From NCBI GenBank assembly GCA_007375735.1, contig VMEW01000007.1, positions 1,494-65,493 of the forward strand: a stretch of DNA of 64,000 bases, given 5' to 3'. A program made the translations under genes and the position numbers. The stretch is from Candidatus Peregrinibacteria bacterium Greene0416_19. GTDB taxonomy: Bacteria > Patescibacteriota > Gracilibacteria > Peribacterales > Peribacteraceae. Numbering within the stretch: the first letter of the stretch is position 1; each line of letters opens with the position of its first letter. This document shows positions 48,644 through 57,851 of this stretch, one piece after another. A model generated the notes under the pieces. The model ran no database searches, was not told where the DNA came from, and saw only the letters and a program-made list of their open reading frames with translations.

Positions 48644-49915
48644 ATGGACATAACCTATCGCATCCGCGGCGGCATTCCGCTCAAGGGTGATATCGCCATC
48701 GGCGGATCCAAGAATGCGGCGCTCCCGCTGATCGCGGGGAGTATTCTGGCACAAGGCGAGACAGTCCTCACGAATGTGCCACGGTTGAGGGATACCATCG
48801 CCATGGTGAAGATCCTGGATTTTTTGGGTGCGGAAACCAGCTTTGAAGGGACGACGGTCCGCATTCGCGCGGAGAGAATCCGCAGCCAGCCGATCCCCGC
48901 CGAGTACGTGTCGATGCTCCGCGGTTCCATTGTGCTGCTGGGTCCGCTGCTCGCGCGGTTCGGCGTAGTGGAGATGTCCTATCCCGGTGGATGCGTGCTC
49001 GGCAAGCGCCCGATACTGGCGCACGTGGAGGCGTTCAGGCAGATGGGTGCGGAAGACATGAGCACCGACGATGTCCTGCACTTGCAGGGTGACTTGCAGC
49101 CCGGGCACGTCATTCTTCCAGAGTTCTCGGTGACGGCGACGGAGAACGTCATCCTCGCCGCGTCCGTTCTTCCTGGCGACACATGCATCCATCTGGCTGC
49201 CGCTGAACCCCATGTGCAAGACGTGGAAAAGTTCGTGGTGGAGATGGGGGCCGAGGTGATCGGCGCCGGCGGCCACACCGTCACGGTCCGCGGCAGCCGG
49301 GTGCTTCGCGGGGTCACACACGACGTGATTTCGGACTACCTGGAGGCCGGCGCATTGGTGCTCGCCGCGCTTGTGACGCGCGGCAAGGTGCGCCTGCACG
49401 GCATCGATCGTATGCACCTCCTCTCCTTCCTGGATGCCCTGCGGCGGAGCGGATGCGTGTGGAAGTATGACGAGGCCAGACAGGAGCTCTTCATCGACGG
49501 CGAGCTCTCCTCGCTTGCGTCCATGAACATCCGCACCAACATCTTCCCCGGCTTCCCCACAGACCTGCAAGCGCCGATGGGCGTGGCCATGACGCAGGCC
49601 AAGGGCGTCAGCCGCATGTTCGAACGCCTGTACGAGGGACGGATGGCGTACCTCTACGAGCTCGAGAAGATGGGTGCGCACGTGGAGGTGCTCAACGCCC
49701 ACCAGGCGCTCATCATCGGCCCGACCCCGCTCAAGGGTCGCATCGTTGCCAGCAACGACATCCGCGCCGGCGCGGCCATGGTGCTTGCCGCACTCTGCGC
49801 CGACGGCGAGACGACGATCACGGATGTCCGCTACATCGAGCGGGGGTACGACCGGCTGGACGAGAAGCTGAGGAGCCTGGGCGCAAAAATTGAAAGAATG
49901 GAAATACCTTCATAA
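48644..49915 (+). CDS. murA: UDP-N-acetylglucosamine 1-carboxyvinyltransferase
   Basis: GSKNAALP, PGGCVLGKRP, SVTATEN, PGFPTDLQ, DIRAGA, IERGY. Confidence 0.97.
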   Translation: MDITYRIRGGIPLKGDIAIGGSKNAALPLIAGSILAQGETVLTNVPRLRDTIAMVKILDFLGAETSFEGTTVRIRAERIRSQPIPAEYVSMLRGSIVLLGPLLARFGVVEMSYPGGCVLGKRPILAHVEAFRQMGAEDMSTDDVLHLQGDLQPGHVILPEFSVTATENVILAASVLPGDTCIHLAAAEPHVQDVEKFVVEMGAEVIGAGGHTVTVRGSRVLRGVTHDVISDYLEAGALVLAALVTRGKVRLHGIDRMHLLSFLDALRRSGCVWKYDEARQELFIDGELSSLASMNIRTNIFPGFPTDLQAPMGVAMTQAKGVSRMFERLYEGRMAYLYELEKMGAHVEVLNAHQALIIGPTPLKGRIVASNDIRAGAAMVLAALCADGETTITDVRYIERGYDRLDEKLRSLGAKIERMEIPS

Positions 49916-49937
49916 TTCAATTAGTATCAAATTCCTC

Positions 49938-50474
49938 ATGCTCACCTTCACCTCCCTCGGCGGCTCCTCCATTCGCGTCACCGGCGCAGGAAAGATCGTC
50001 ATTGTGTTTCCGACGGAGGGCATGAAGATGCCGGATCGTGATTTCATCGCGCTCCTGCCGGTGCCGCAGGAATCTCCGACCGTGCACCTCATCTCCTGGC
50101 CGGGCGAGTACAACGAAGCGGGGATTTCCATCAAGGGAGTGGGACATGTGGAGGGTCAGCAGGTCTCGTACGTCCTGCAAGCCGAGAATCTCACCATTGC
50201 GTTCCTCTCCCGTCCGCTCCAGGACTGGTCAGACAAACAACTGGAGATGGTCGGGGACATCGACGTGCTCGTCATCCCCGCGTTCGACGCCAAGCTGGTA
50301 CAGAAGCTCGTCGATGAATTCGACCCGCGGGTCCTCGTCCTCACCGTTTCCGACGGCGCGGAATCGGAAGCGGTCCTCAAGCAGATCGGCGCTCATGGCG
50401 AACGGGTGGATGAGTACAAATTGAAAGGCAGCCTGCCGGCGGAGGGGCGGGAGACGGTGGTGTTGGTGAAATGA
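49938..50474 (+). CDS. Degenerate MBL-fold (Zn-hydrolase-like) protein
   Basis: ISWPGEYNEAGISIKG…GDIDVLVIP…FDPRVL; lacks a full HxHxDH motif. Confidence 0.6.
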   Translation: MLTFTSLGGSSIRVTGAGKIVIVFPTEGMKMPDRDFIALLPVPQESPTVHLISWPGEYNEAGISIKGVGHVEGQQVSYVLQAENLTIAFLSRPLQDWSDKQLEMVGDIDVLVIPAFDAKLVQKLVDEFDPRVLVLTVSDGAESEAVLKQIGAHGERVDEYKLKGSLPAEGRETVVLVK

Positions 50475-51013
50475 CTGTAGAATCAAAGGCAATCATGCAA
50501 CTCGTCCCGCCATCGATGGACTATGAAGAAACGTTTCAATCCGCTCTCAATGAGATGCGGCAAGTTGGAAGTATGGGAATAGGAGATTGGGCCGAGATCG
50601 GTTCACCCAAGAATGTCGTCGAGTACATTCGCGTACGCCAGGATCATTCTGAAGGACGAAATTTGCCGCGAGGTTGGATTCCGGCGACCACCTACTGGCT
50701 CGTCGATGAAGGGGCATTCATCGGCGAGACGACAATCCGTCACGAACTCACAGAACATCTGCGGAACGTCGGCGGGCAGATTGGCTACTGGATTCGACCT
50801 GTAAAACGCCATCAAGGCTACGGTCGCCAGATCCTGCGGCTTGCTTTGCAGAAAGCGAAAGAATTAAGGTTAGAAAAAATCATCATCACATGCGATGCAA
50901 CCAACATCGGTTCCAGAAAAATTATTGAATCCAATGGCGGCGTCTTCGAGAGAGAGCAAGATATGGGGCCACAGAACCCGAAAAAGCTGTTGTTCTGGAT
51001 TACAATCCAATAG
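50471..51013 (+). CDS. GNAT family acetyltransferase
   Basis: IRHELT…GGQIGYWIRP…QGYG…TCDATNIGSRKIIESNGG. Confidence 0.88.
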   Translation: MTVESKAIMQLVPPSMDYEETFQSALNEMRQVGSMGIGDWAEIGSPKNVVEYIRVRQDHSEGRNLPRGWIPATTYWLVDEGAFIGETTIRHELTEHLRNVGGQIGYWIRPVKRHQGYGRQILRLALQKAKELRLEKIIITCDATNIGSRKIIESNGGVFEREQDMGPQNPKKLLFWITIQ

Positions 51014-51049
51014 CTGCTGCTCTGCCCGAAGCGCTTGTGCAATAAAATA

Positions 51050-51071
51050 AATTGGAGTACAATTGGAGTAC
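51050..51071 (+). promoter_or_regulatory. Tandem 11-bp direct repeat upstream of the antitoxin (candidate operator)
   Basis: AATTGGAGTAC x2. Confidence 0.55.
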
Positions 51072-51092
51072 TTTTGTCACTTCCTTTCAGCT

Positions 51093-51371
51093 ATGACTTC
51101 CACTCGTCTTCAGCACCGCATCAATCCCGTCCTCCGCCGTGATGCTGAGGCCATCCTCCGGGCCCAGGGTATCAAGCCTTCGCAGGCAATCATCCTCTTC
51201 TACACCGAGGTGAAGCGCTCCGGAGGACTTCCCTTCGTGCCGTCTCCGGTGCAACCAGCCGAAATTCCGAATGCGCGGTTGCGAAAGGCGATCCGGGAAG
51301 CACGCCAGGGGAAAGGCGTGCGGACGTACACCAGCAAGAAAGCGTTCTTCGATTCCCTCAAACGCCTGTGA
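51093..51371 (+). CDS. dinJ: RelB/DinJ family antitoxin
   Basis: LQHRINPVLRRDAEAIL…SQAIILFY…GLPF…IPNARLRKAI. Confidence 0.85.
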   Translation: MTSTRLQHRINPVLRRDAEAILRAQGIKPSQAIILFYTEVKRSGGLPFVPSPVQPAEIPNARLRKAIREARQGKGVRTYTSKKAFFDSLKRL

Positions 51372-51658
51372 CGAGACGGAAATTCCGGCAAACGAAACAG
51401 TTCCGTCGGGACTACGCCAAGATGAAGCGCTCCGGCAGGAAGATATCGAAGCTCCATGCGGTCATTGATCTGCTCATGGACGGGAAGCCTCTGCCGCTGA
51501 AGTATCACGACCACGAACTGCAGGGCGCATGGAAAGGCGTACGGGATTGCCACATCGGGGGAGACTGGCTGCTACTGTACGAACTGAGCAGAGGCGCTGA
51601 CGGAAATGAGATCGTCACGTTCCACGCGACGGATACGCATGAGAATCTCTTTGGCTAA
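51368..51658 (+). CDS. yafQ: YafQ family toxin
   Basis: QFRRDY…YHDHELQGAWKGVRDCHIGGDWLLLY…THENLF; GTGA overlap. Confidence 0.9.
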   Translation: MTRRKFRQTKQFRRDYAKMKRSGRKISKLHAVIDLLMDGKPLPLKYHDHELQGAWKGVRDCHIGGDWLLLYELSRGADGNEIVTFHATDTHENLFG

Positions 51659-52069
51659 CTATTCGAACCCGTGCTCGTGCACAATGTCCTCAGCACACTC
51701 GTTGAGAATTCTGTACATCTCCTGCTTCACCTCTGGTGAGGACGGAATGCTTTCCAGACACCTCTGGAGATTCCATAATCCCCCACGGACAATTCCTTCG
51801 TTTGTCGCAACATACTGTAGGTGAGGAATATCGTTTCTGCTCAGTACAGATGTGATTCTCTGGTAGGCTTGGGAAAGGAGCATTGCCATCGCTCTCCCCG
51901 TACGAACCGATAGTTCGCCCGGTGTCCGTTCCATTCCGCTTGCTCGATACGCGGCAGTCAGTTTCGTCACAGCCTTCACGAACGGTCCGCTGGGCAGTGG
52001 AATGGAAGGTGTATTCCTCATGAGGAAGGCAATGTAATAGTGTGAATCTTTATTGTCAAATGACAGCAT
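51659..52069 (-). CDS. Hypothetical protein; start uncertain (possibly 52022)
   Basis: ORF only. Confidence 0.45.
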   Translation of the reverse strand: MLSFDNKDSHYYIAFLMRNTPSIPLPSGPFVKAVTKLTAAYRASGMERTPGELSVRTGRAMAMLLSQAYQRITSVLSRNDIPHLQYVATNEGIVRGGLWNLQRCLESIPSSPEVKQEMYRILNECAEDIVHEHGFE

Positions 52070-52306
52070 TACGGAGAAATCGCTCTACTTCAAAGATGGG
52101 ATATCGGACATAGCCCTGTACCAGATGCTTTCCGGCTGCCAGTAACACAAGAACAACGCATCGGTACAGGGCATCCCAGTAGTACTCGCTTCGTTCGACT
52201 ACGGGACACGTGAACCAGAGCATCCTCGCTTGTGCCAACGTGGCGGTGCCATGAACCGAACGCCGCACTAGAAAAAACGCCGGAGGCGCTGCGGCGTTCT
52301 GGTTCA

Positions 52307-52381
52307 TGGTGGCCCCGGCGGGGATCGAACCTGCATTTACCCCTTAGGAGAGGGTCGTTCTATCCATTGAACTACGGGGCC
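52307..52381 (-). tRNA. tRNA-Arg(CCT)
   Basis: GGCCCCGTAGTTCAATGGATAGAAC…CT-CCT-AA…GGTTCGATCC…GGGGCCACCA cloverleaf with encoded CCA. Confidence 0.93.
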
Positions 52382-52427
52382 ATGAAACGCGAGAGACAAA
52401 CCTATCCGACGCTTTATTCAAAAGAAC

Positions 52428-52571
52428 GTTTCCACCGGTTTTCCACCGTTATCCACAGCTCTGTGGAAAACCCTGCGGAACGCATTGTACTATCTTTTGC
52501 TCTTCCGATCAGTATACAGCGCTCATCCAGGCAGCTCGTATTCCACAGTATCCGACCATGAATGTGGAAAA
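52428..52571. promoter_or_regulatory. Cluster of DnaA boxes
   Basis: TTATCCACA (52449-52457), TGTGGAAAA (52462-52470, 52563-52571), near matches at 52428, 52439 and 52539. Confidence 0.65.
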
Positions 52572-52661
52572 CGTACAAGGATTCAGATGGTGAGAGGTAC
52601 TTTTGAAGCGTGGGACAACAGATTGTCTCATGCAGGGCACGGCCGGTCGGCGTTAGAATAC

Positions 52662-54209
52662 ATGATGATGATCGAGTGGGTCAGATCGATTCCAGGCATC
52701 GCCGACGGGAATATTGTACATTTTCTGTCGTGGCTCACCGGCATCTCCGGCGAAGGCACCTCCTCCTTCGTCATCAGCCGCTGGGTCTTCCTGCGTGCGC
52801 TTGGGATTATCTACCTCATCGCCTTCGTGTCATTCTGGGTGCAGGCGAAGGGACTCATCGGGAGCAGGGGCATCCTGCCGATTCAGGACATGATGACCGG
52901 GCTCAAGTCGGGGAGTGTTTCCTGGTACCAGTTCCCGACTCTCTTCTGGCTGAGCGGATCCGATACCATGATCCATGTCGTCTGCGCGCTCGGCGTTCTG
53001 AGCTCCATCCTGCTCGTCGCCGGGGTTTTCCCCACATTGAACCTCTTCTTCCTATGGCTTCTCTACCTGTCGCTGGTCACCGCGGGACAGGACTTCATGA
53101 GTTTCCAGTGGGACATCCTGCTGTTGGAAACGGGACTCCTCGCGCTCCTCCTTGCTCCGAGCGCGATCTTGCCTGGATTGGCCCGGGAGACGATGGTGCC
53201 GCCGCTCGCGCTCTTCCTCCTGTGGTTCCTGCTCTTCCGCTTGATGTTTGAGTCAGGTTTCGTGAAGCTCGTGAGCGGCGATTCCTCGTGGCTGGATATG
53301 ACCGCGCTCCGTTATCACTACGAGACTCAGCCGCTTACTACTTGGACGGCGTGGTACATGCACCAGCTTCCGCTCTGGTTCCACTGGCTCTCGACCGTGA
53401 TCATGTACGTGATCGAGCTTGCTCTGCCGTTCCTCTTCTTCGGCACGCCGACGATGCGCCTGATTGCCGCGGCCGGTACAGCCGCTCTCATGATCCTCAT
53501 CTTCCTCACCGGCAACTACAATTTCTTCAACCTACTCACCGTCGCGCTCGCATTTCTCCTCCTCAACGATGCAGCGTGGCGGAAGATGCTGCCGGAAACA
53601 GTCCTCAAGTTCATTGGTGAGAGTGGCTCTCTTGCGCCCCTTTCCCCCTGGTTTGCTTTTCCTGCGGCAGTCATCGGGACTCTTCTCTTCTGGATCGCAG
53701 CGAGCGGATTCATTGGCACGGTCATCCCAGGCGGATCGCTCCCACTTGGCGATCGATTAGCGTCCGTGCTTCGACCTTTCCGCAGCGTGAGCGATTACGG
53801 CCTGTTCCGCGTCATGACCCGCACGCGGCCGGAGATCATCGTCGAGGGAAGCGACGACGGGGAGACATGGAAGCCGTATGCGTTCCGCTGGAAGGCTGGC
53901 GACGTGACGCGGCGGCCCGGCTTCGCGGAGCCGCACCAGCCGCGGCTGGACTGGCAGATGTGGTTCGCGGCACTGTCCGATTATCGTTCTGAATCATGGT
54001 TTCAGAATTTCTTGGTGCGGCTACTCCAGGGGTCGCCGGATGTTCTCGCACTTCTCCGATCGAATCCATTTCCGGATCATCCGCCGCGCTTCGTCCGCTC
54101 ACGGCTTTTCGTGTATCGCTTCACGACCGCAGAGGAGCGGCGCCAGATCGGTGCGTGGTGGCAGAGGGAGGAGCGGGGTCTCTACTCGCCGGTGATGTCC
54201 TTGCGTTGA
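52662..54209 (+). CDS. Lipase maturation factor (LMF1) family membrane protein
   Basis: FLRALGIIYLIAF, FQWDILLLETG, YHYETQPL, TGNYNFFNLLT, RPEIIVEGS, PHQPRLDWQMWFAAL. Confidence 0.9.
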   Translation: MMMIEWVRSIPGIADGNIVHFLSWLTGISGEGTSSFVISRWVFLRALGIIYLIAFVSFWVQAKGLIGSRGILPIQDMMTGLKSGSVSWYQFPTLFWLSGSDTMIHVVCALGVLSSILLVAGVFPTLNLFFLWLLYLSLVTAGQDFMSFQWDILLLETGLLALLLAPSAILPGLARETMVPPLALFLLWFLLFRLMFESGFVKLVSGDSSWLDMTALRYHYETQPLTTWTAWYMHQLPLWFHWLSTVIMYVIELALPFLFFGTPTMRLIAAAGTAALMILIFLTGNYNFFNLLTVALAFLLLNDAAWRKMLPETVLKFIGESGSLAPLSPWFAFPAAVIGTLLFWIAASGFIGTVIPGGSLPLGDRLASVLRPFRSVSDYGLFRVMTRTRPEIIVEGSDDGETWKPYAFRWKAGDVTRRPGFAEPHQPRLDWQMWFAALSDYRSESWFQNFLVRLLQGSPDVLALLRSNPFPDHPPRFVRSRLFVYRFTTAEERRQIGAWWQREERGLYSPVMSLR

Positions 54210-54272
54210 TGTTGTCCGGAAATCAATGCAACCTTATTGGTGTCTGTGGTTTCGTTTGATAGACTCCGTTCT

Positions 54273-55949
54273 ATGCGCAAATCCCTCCCCGCCCTCACTC
54301 TCAGTCTCTTCGTCCTCCCGGTCATCGTCGCCGCGCTCGACTTCACCGACCGGGCCGATGATTACAGCGATGCGCCGTTCACCAAGGCGGAAGCGGTGGC
54401 CATCAGCGTGCTCACCAATCTGAAAGCGGTGCAGGGAAATCCCGATGGTTCCTTCCAGCCGCGCAGAGCGCTCAATCGGGCGGAGTTCACAAAGATCGCA
54501 CTTCTGAGCAGCGGACTGCAACCGGGGGATGCAGAAGATTGCTTTCCGGATGTTCGGGAGAAGGATTGGTTCAGCGTGTACGTTTGTCGCGCCAAGAAGG
54601 ATGGCATCGTCTCCGGGAACCCAGACGGAACCTTCCATCCCGAGAGGCTGGTCAACTACGCCGAAGCGGTCAAGATTCTTGGCGGCATCTACGAGTACGA
54701 GCTGAAGAAACAGCGTGACGATGAGTGGTTCATGCCGTACGTGCGAGCGGCGGGCGCGCACCGCACTGCGCTGCCGACGTCGGTCGAACCGGGGGATGTC
54801 ATCACCCGAGGCGAAATGGCCCGCCTCGCAGCAGCGTTTCGCGCGGAAGCGGACGGCGAGCTCGATCTCTACCGCGCCGCTGAGCAGGGGAAGGCGCTCT
54901 CGAGTGCCAGCAGTTTCACTTCGAGCGTCTCCTCGACGCCCGCAGGGTCTTCGAGTTCCACGTCATCTTCGGTTTCTTCAAATCCCTCCTCTTCCTCGGC
55001 GATCTCCTCCAGCTCCAGTGCCGCCGCCAACCTGCCTGACTTTCCCAGCAAGAGCCATCTTCTGATGTTCGGCGAGCTGTCGCAGCCGATTGCGGGCGGC
55101 AAGTTCTTCGCGGATAAGGAAGGGTTATTCGTCCAGGGAACCGAAGTGATCATGCGCGAAGAGGCCAAGTCTCTGGATACACTCTTCATGATCGATGAAT
55201 TCGGCAAGCGGATCGGGCAGCTCTACCTGGATCCGCTCGATTCGAACAAGAAGAAGTGGGTCGGCACCTTCTACAGCAGCGGCTCCTACCACATCCCGAA
55301 AGCGACGGAGCGGGTGTTGGGGATTCAGGCGCGCCTGAAGGCCCGCGATAACGGCGGCGTTCCCGGCGAACTCGTCGAAATCAAGACGTTCCGCGTCACC
55401 TCGCTCGGCGAGGACAGCGGAGCCACGTACAACGCCTTCGCTCCGGATGCATTCTTCCCCAAAAACCGCGCCGTGCAGGGCAAAATCGTGTCCGTGAAAA
55501 ACGCGCTCGCCGAAAAGGACACGTTCATCCTGGGACAGAACCAGCTTATCGCCGCCTTCACCGTTACATCTGCCTCCATCCCGCCGACCAAGGTTCTCAT
55601 CAAGCGTTTTTCCTTCAACGTCAGTAAGTCGTCCGGCGTATCGGTCATCAATTGGCAGCTGGGAATGGTAGACTCACCGGTGCGTACTTCCTGTTCGGTG
55701 GGTGACTCGCTCATCAACTGTCTGGGGATCATGGAAGAGATGGGCACCGTTGCCGGTGGCAGCCGCACCTACCGGCTCTTCGGGGATGTCACGCTCGATC
55801 AGGGGGTGAAGGACCCATTCCTGCAGGTGTCCCTCAACGACCCGGGCACCGTGACCACGCAGGGGGACATCGAGTGGACCGATGAAGCAGCCACCTTCAG
55901 CTGGATCGAAGTGCCTATGCCGATTATGCGGGCAACCCTGTGGAAGTAA
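54273..55949 (+). CDS. S-layer homology (SLH) domain secreted protein
   Basis: Signal peptide; GNPDGSFQP…NRAEF, GNPDGTFHP…NYAEA, ITRGEMA; Ser-rich linker. Confidence 0.88.
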   Translation: MRKSLPALTLSLFVLPVIVAALDFTDRADDYSDAPFTKAEAVAISVLTNLKAVQGNPDGSFQPRRALNRAEFTKIALLSSGLQPGDAEDCFPDVREKDWFSVYVCRAKKDGIVSGNPDGTFHPERLVNYAEAVKILGGIYEYELKKQRDDEWFMPYVRAAGAHRTALPTSVEPGDVITRGEMARLAAAFRAEADGELDLYRAAEQGKALSSASSFTSSVSSTPAGSSSSTSSSVSSNPSSSSAISSSSSAAANLPDFPSKSHLLMFGELSQPIAGGKFFADKEGLFVQGTEVIMREEAKSLDTLFMIDEFGKRIGQLYLDPLDSNKKKWVGTFYSSGSYHIPKATERVLGIQARLKARDNGGVPGELVEIKTFRVTSLGEDSGATYNAFAPDAFFPKNRAVQGKIVSVKNALAEKDTFILGQNQLIAAFTVTSASIPPTKVLIKRFSFNVSKSSGVSVINWQLGMVDSPVRTSCSVGDSLINCLGIMEEMGTVAGGSRTYRLFGDVTLDQGVKDPFLQVSLNDPGTVTTQGDIEWTDEAATFSWIEVPMPIMRATLWK

Positions 55950-56028
55950 TCGTTGCGTCTGAGAATCGTTGCTCGTTGCTTGATGAGGATGCCGAACGAG
56001 CAAGAGCACGCAAAACACTATGAATCTC

Positions 56029-56057
56029 TTGATCGTTGGATTTTTTGTGACTACAAT
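56029..56057 (+). promoter_or_regulatory. Sigma70-type promoter
   Basis: TTGATC, 17 nt, TACAAT. Confidence 0.55.
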
Positions 56058-56159
56058 TGGCCTAGATGGTTTTCCGCTCTCTGCGGATTGTCGGCATCGT
56101 CATCGCCTCTGCTTACGCGGGGAGATAGGATGCTGTCGTCGTTTCCTTTCCACTCCCTC

Positions 56160-56180
56160 CCCGCGCAGCGGGTTTTTTTT
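56160..56180 (+). terminator. Intrinsic terminator-like hairpin immediately upstream of a start codon
   Basis: CCCGC-GCA-GCGGG followed by T8. Confidence 0.6.
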
Positions 56181-56182
56181 GT

Positions 56183-56707
56183 ATGTCCACCTACCGAGGA
56201 ACATTGTTGGAATTGGCGAATCGCGTGCTCGACGAGACGAGCCCGGAAAACATCATGCGTCATCATATCGCCTGCGTGGAAACACCAACCACGTTGGAAG
56301 AAATAAACCAGCCATTCAAGAATGATGAGCGAACGGCCGATCGATGGCGTGCCGTGCACTTCTACGTCGAAGCGCATGTACGCTCCGCACTTGCTCATGC
56401 TTTCCGTTACAGGAGGCTGAAAAAGTCAGTTACGAAGCGGGTTCGATTGCTCATGCGACAAGCCTTGAATCCAAAGAGTAAGAACCTGATTCAGGAGATG
56501 AATGAATACATGCGCCGATGCTCGAGAATGAATAACGGTCGAGTATCTCCAGTTCTCGCCAATTTCAACATCTTTCGTCAGGCGCTCTTGCGATGGCAAG
56601 CCGTACTTCAGTTATTGCAAGAAAGCGAGCAACCCCCGGAGATACGGCAACTCTTTTATAAAGTCCATGAGCCTCTCAATGCGACACCCCCTTCCCATGC
56701 AAACTAA
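56183..56707 (+). CDS. Hypothetical protein
   Basis: 174-aa ORF overlapping the next gene. Confidence 0.6.
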   Translation: MSTYRGTLLELANRVLDETSPENIMRHHIACVETPTTLEEINQPFKNDERTADRWRAVHFYVEAHVRSALAHAFRYRRLKKSVTKRVRLLMRQALNPKSKNLIQEMNEYMRRCSRMNNGRVSPVLANFNIFRQALLRWQAVLQLLQESEQPPEIRQLFYKVHEPLNATPPSHAN

Positions 56708-57848
56708 TGCTCCATCCATCATGGCTGATCCACGATTCGAGCGACGGACATCCGCTGAGCCTCTCAACGTCTGTGTCCGCGGCGCCGGAGGACTGCTTGG
56801 TCATCGCATTGTTCGTGAGATCTGTCGAAGTCAAGCGGACATGCGCGTGCGCTGCGTGGTACTCAGCACCGATCAAGAAAGCTATCAGCGGTTCCGTCAG
56901 ACCGCCATGGTGCTGGATGAACGTCGGCACTTGGATCCTGCGCTCACTTTGCTCATCGATGCGCGGCAACGGGAAGCGCAGTCGCTAGGCTCGTCGTGGG
57001 TCGGGCCGTGGCAGCTCAAGCCGCTCGACCAAGGATTCAATGAATTGCAGCAAACCGATGCGATCATCGACGCCTCGATCCTGAAGAATGGAGATTCCCT
57101 CGCTGGTTTCTATGAACAGTACAGTCTCACGCGGCCGGTCATTCGGCAGTCGGGTACCTACCCCGCTTACCACTCGCTCGCGCCTCCATTCGAGCCTCGG
57201 TTACAGGCGGATGCGCCGCATCAATACCGGCAAGGCGATTGCCTCGTTTCGGGTGTCGTGCCCGTTCTTCACGCTTTCCGTGGCGATCTACAGCATGTGC
57301 TCATGATTGTCGCAATTCAAAAGCAACAACGTCTCAACGATTACACGTTGCGGTCGAACCTCGAGGAGTTCCGCATCGATTGCCGTCTCAATGCAATGGT
57401 CGAGAGGTATCTCCGCGACCTCATGCCAACGACAGCATTCCGCGTGAAGACAATTCAGGTGCCCGGTCACGATTATTATCTCTGTGATTGTGAGATGACA
57501 CTTCGCAACACTATTCCCTACGACGATCTCATCGATCGTCTGCGGCAGCAGCCCCGACTTGCGCTTTTGTTCTCGCCTATGCCTATCAGCACATCTGCAT
57601 TACAGCACTTGATACACGAACAACGCACGGAGAATGGAATCCCTCTCCAGCCGATCATCTGCTTCGCACACCGAGATCATCTCAATATCGATGGCCCCCA
57701 ATGCACGCTGCGGTTCGCTATCTATTCCAAGGCCATCACCGTGCTGCCGAATATCGACAGCGCCCGCGCGCTCTGTACGAGGATGCCGATGATCAATGCC
57801 ATGCGGCGGACGGATGAGTACGCAGGGTTTGCGTCGAATGTGCTCTAA
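56697..57848 (+). CDS. Divergent NAD(P)-dependent oxidoreductase resembling archaeal-type (class II) GAPDH
   Basis: VRGAGGLLGHRI Rossmann motif, DAIIDAS, VIRQSG, GDCLVSG, ITVLPNIDSARAL. Confidence 0.6.
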   Translation: MQTNAPSIMADPRFERRTSAEPLNVCVRGAGGLLGHRIVREICRSQADMRVRCVVLSTDQESYQRFRQTAMVLDERRHLDPALTLLIDARQREAQSLGSSWVGPWQLKPLDQGFNELQQTDAIIDASILKNGDSLAGFYEQYSLTRPVIRQSGTYPAYHSLAPPFEPRLQADAPHQYRQGDCLVSGVVPVLHAFRGDLQHVLMIVAIQKQQRLNDYTLRSNLEEFRIDCRLNAMVERYLRDLMPTTAFRVKTIQVPGHDYYLCDCEMTLRNTIPYDDLIDRLRQQPRLALLFSPMPISTSALQHLIHEQRTENGIPLQPIICFAHRDHLNIDGPQCTLRFAIYSKAITVLPNIDSARALCTRMPMINAMRRTDEYAGFASNVL

Positions 57849-57851
57849 GCC

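Noticed and set aside
52307..52381. tRNA as an integration site of a prophage or island
   Set aside because: No duplicated tRNA 3' end or integrase seen in the window
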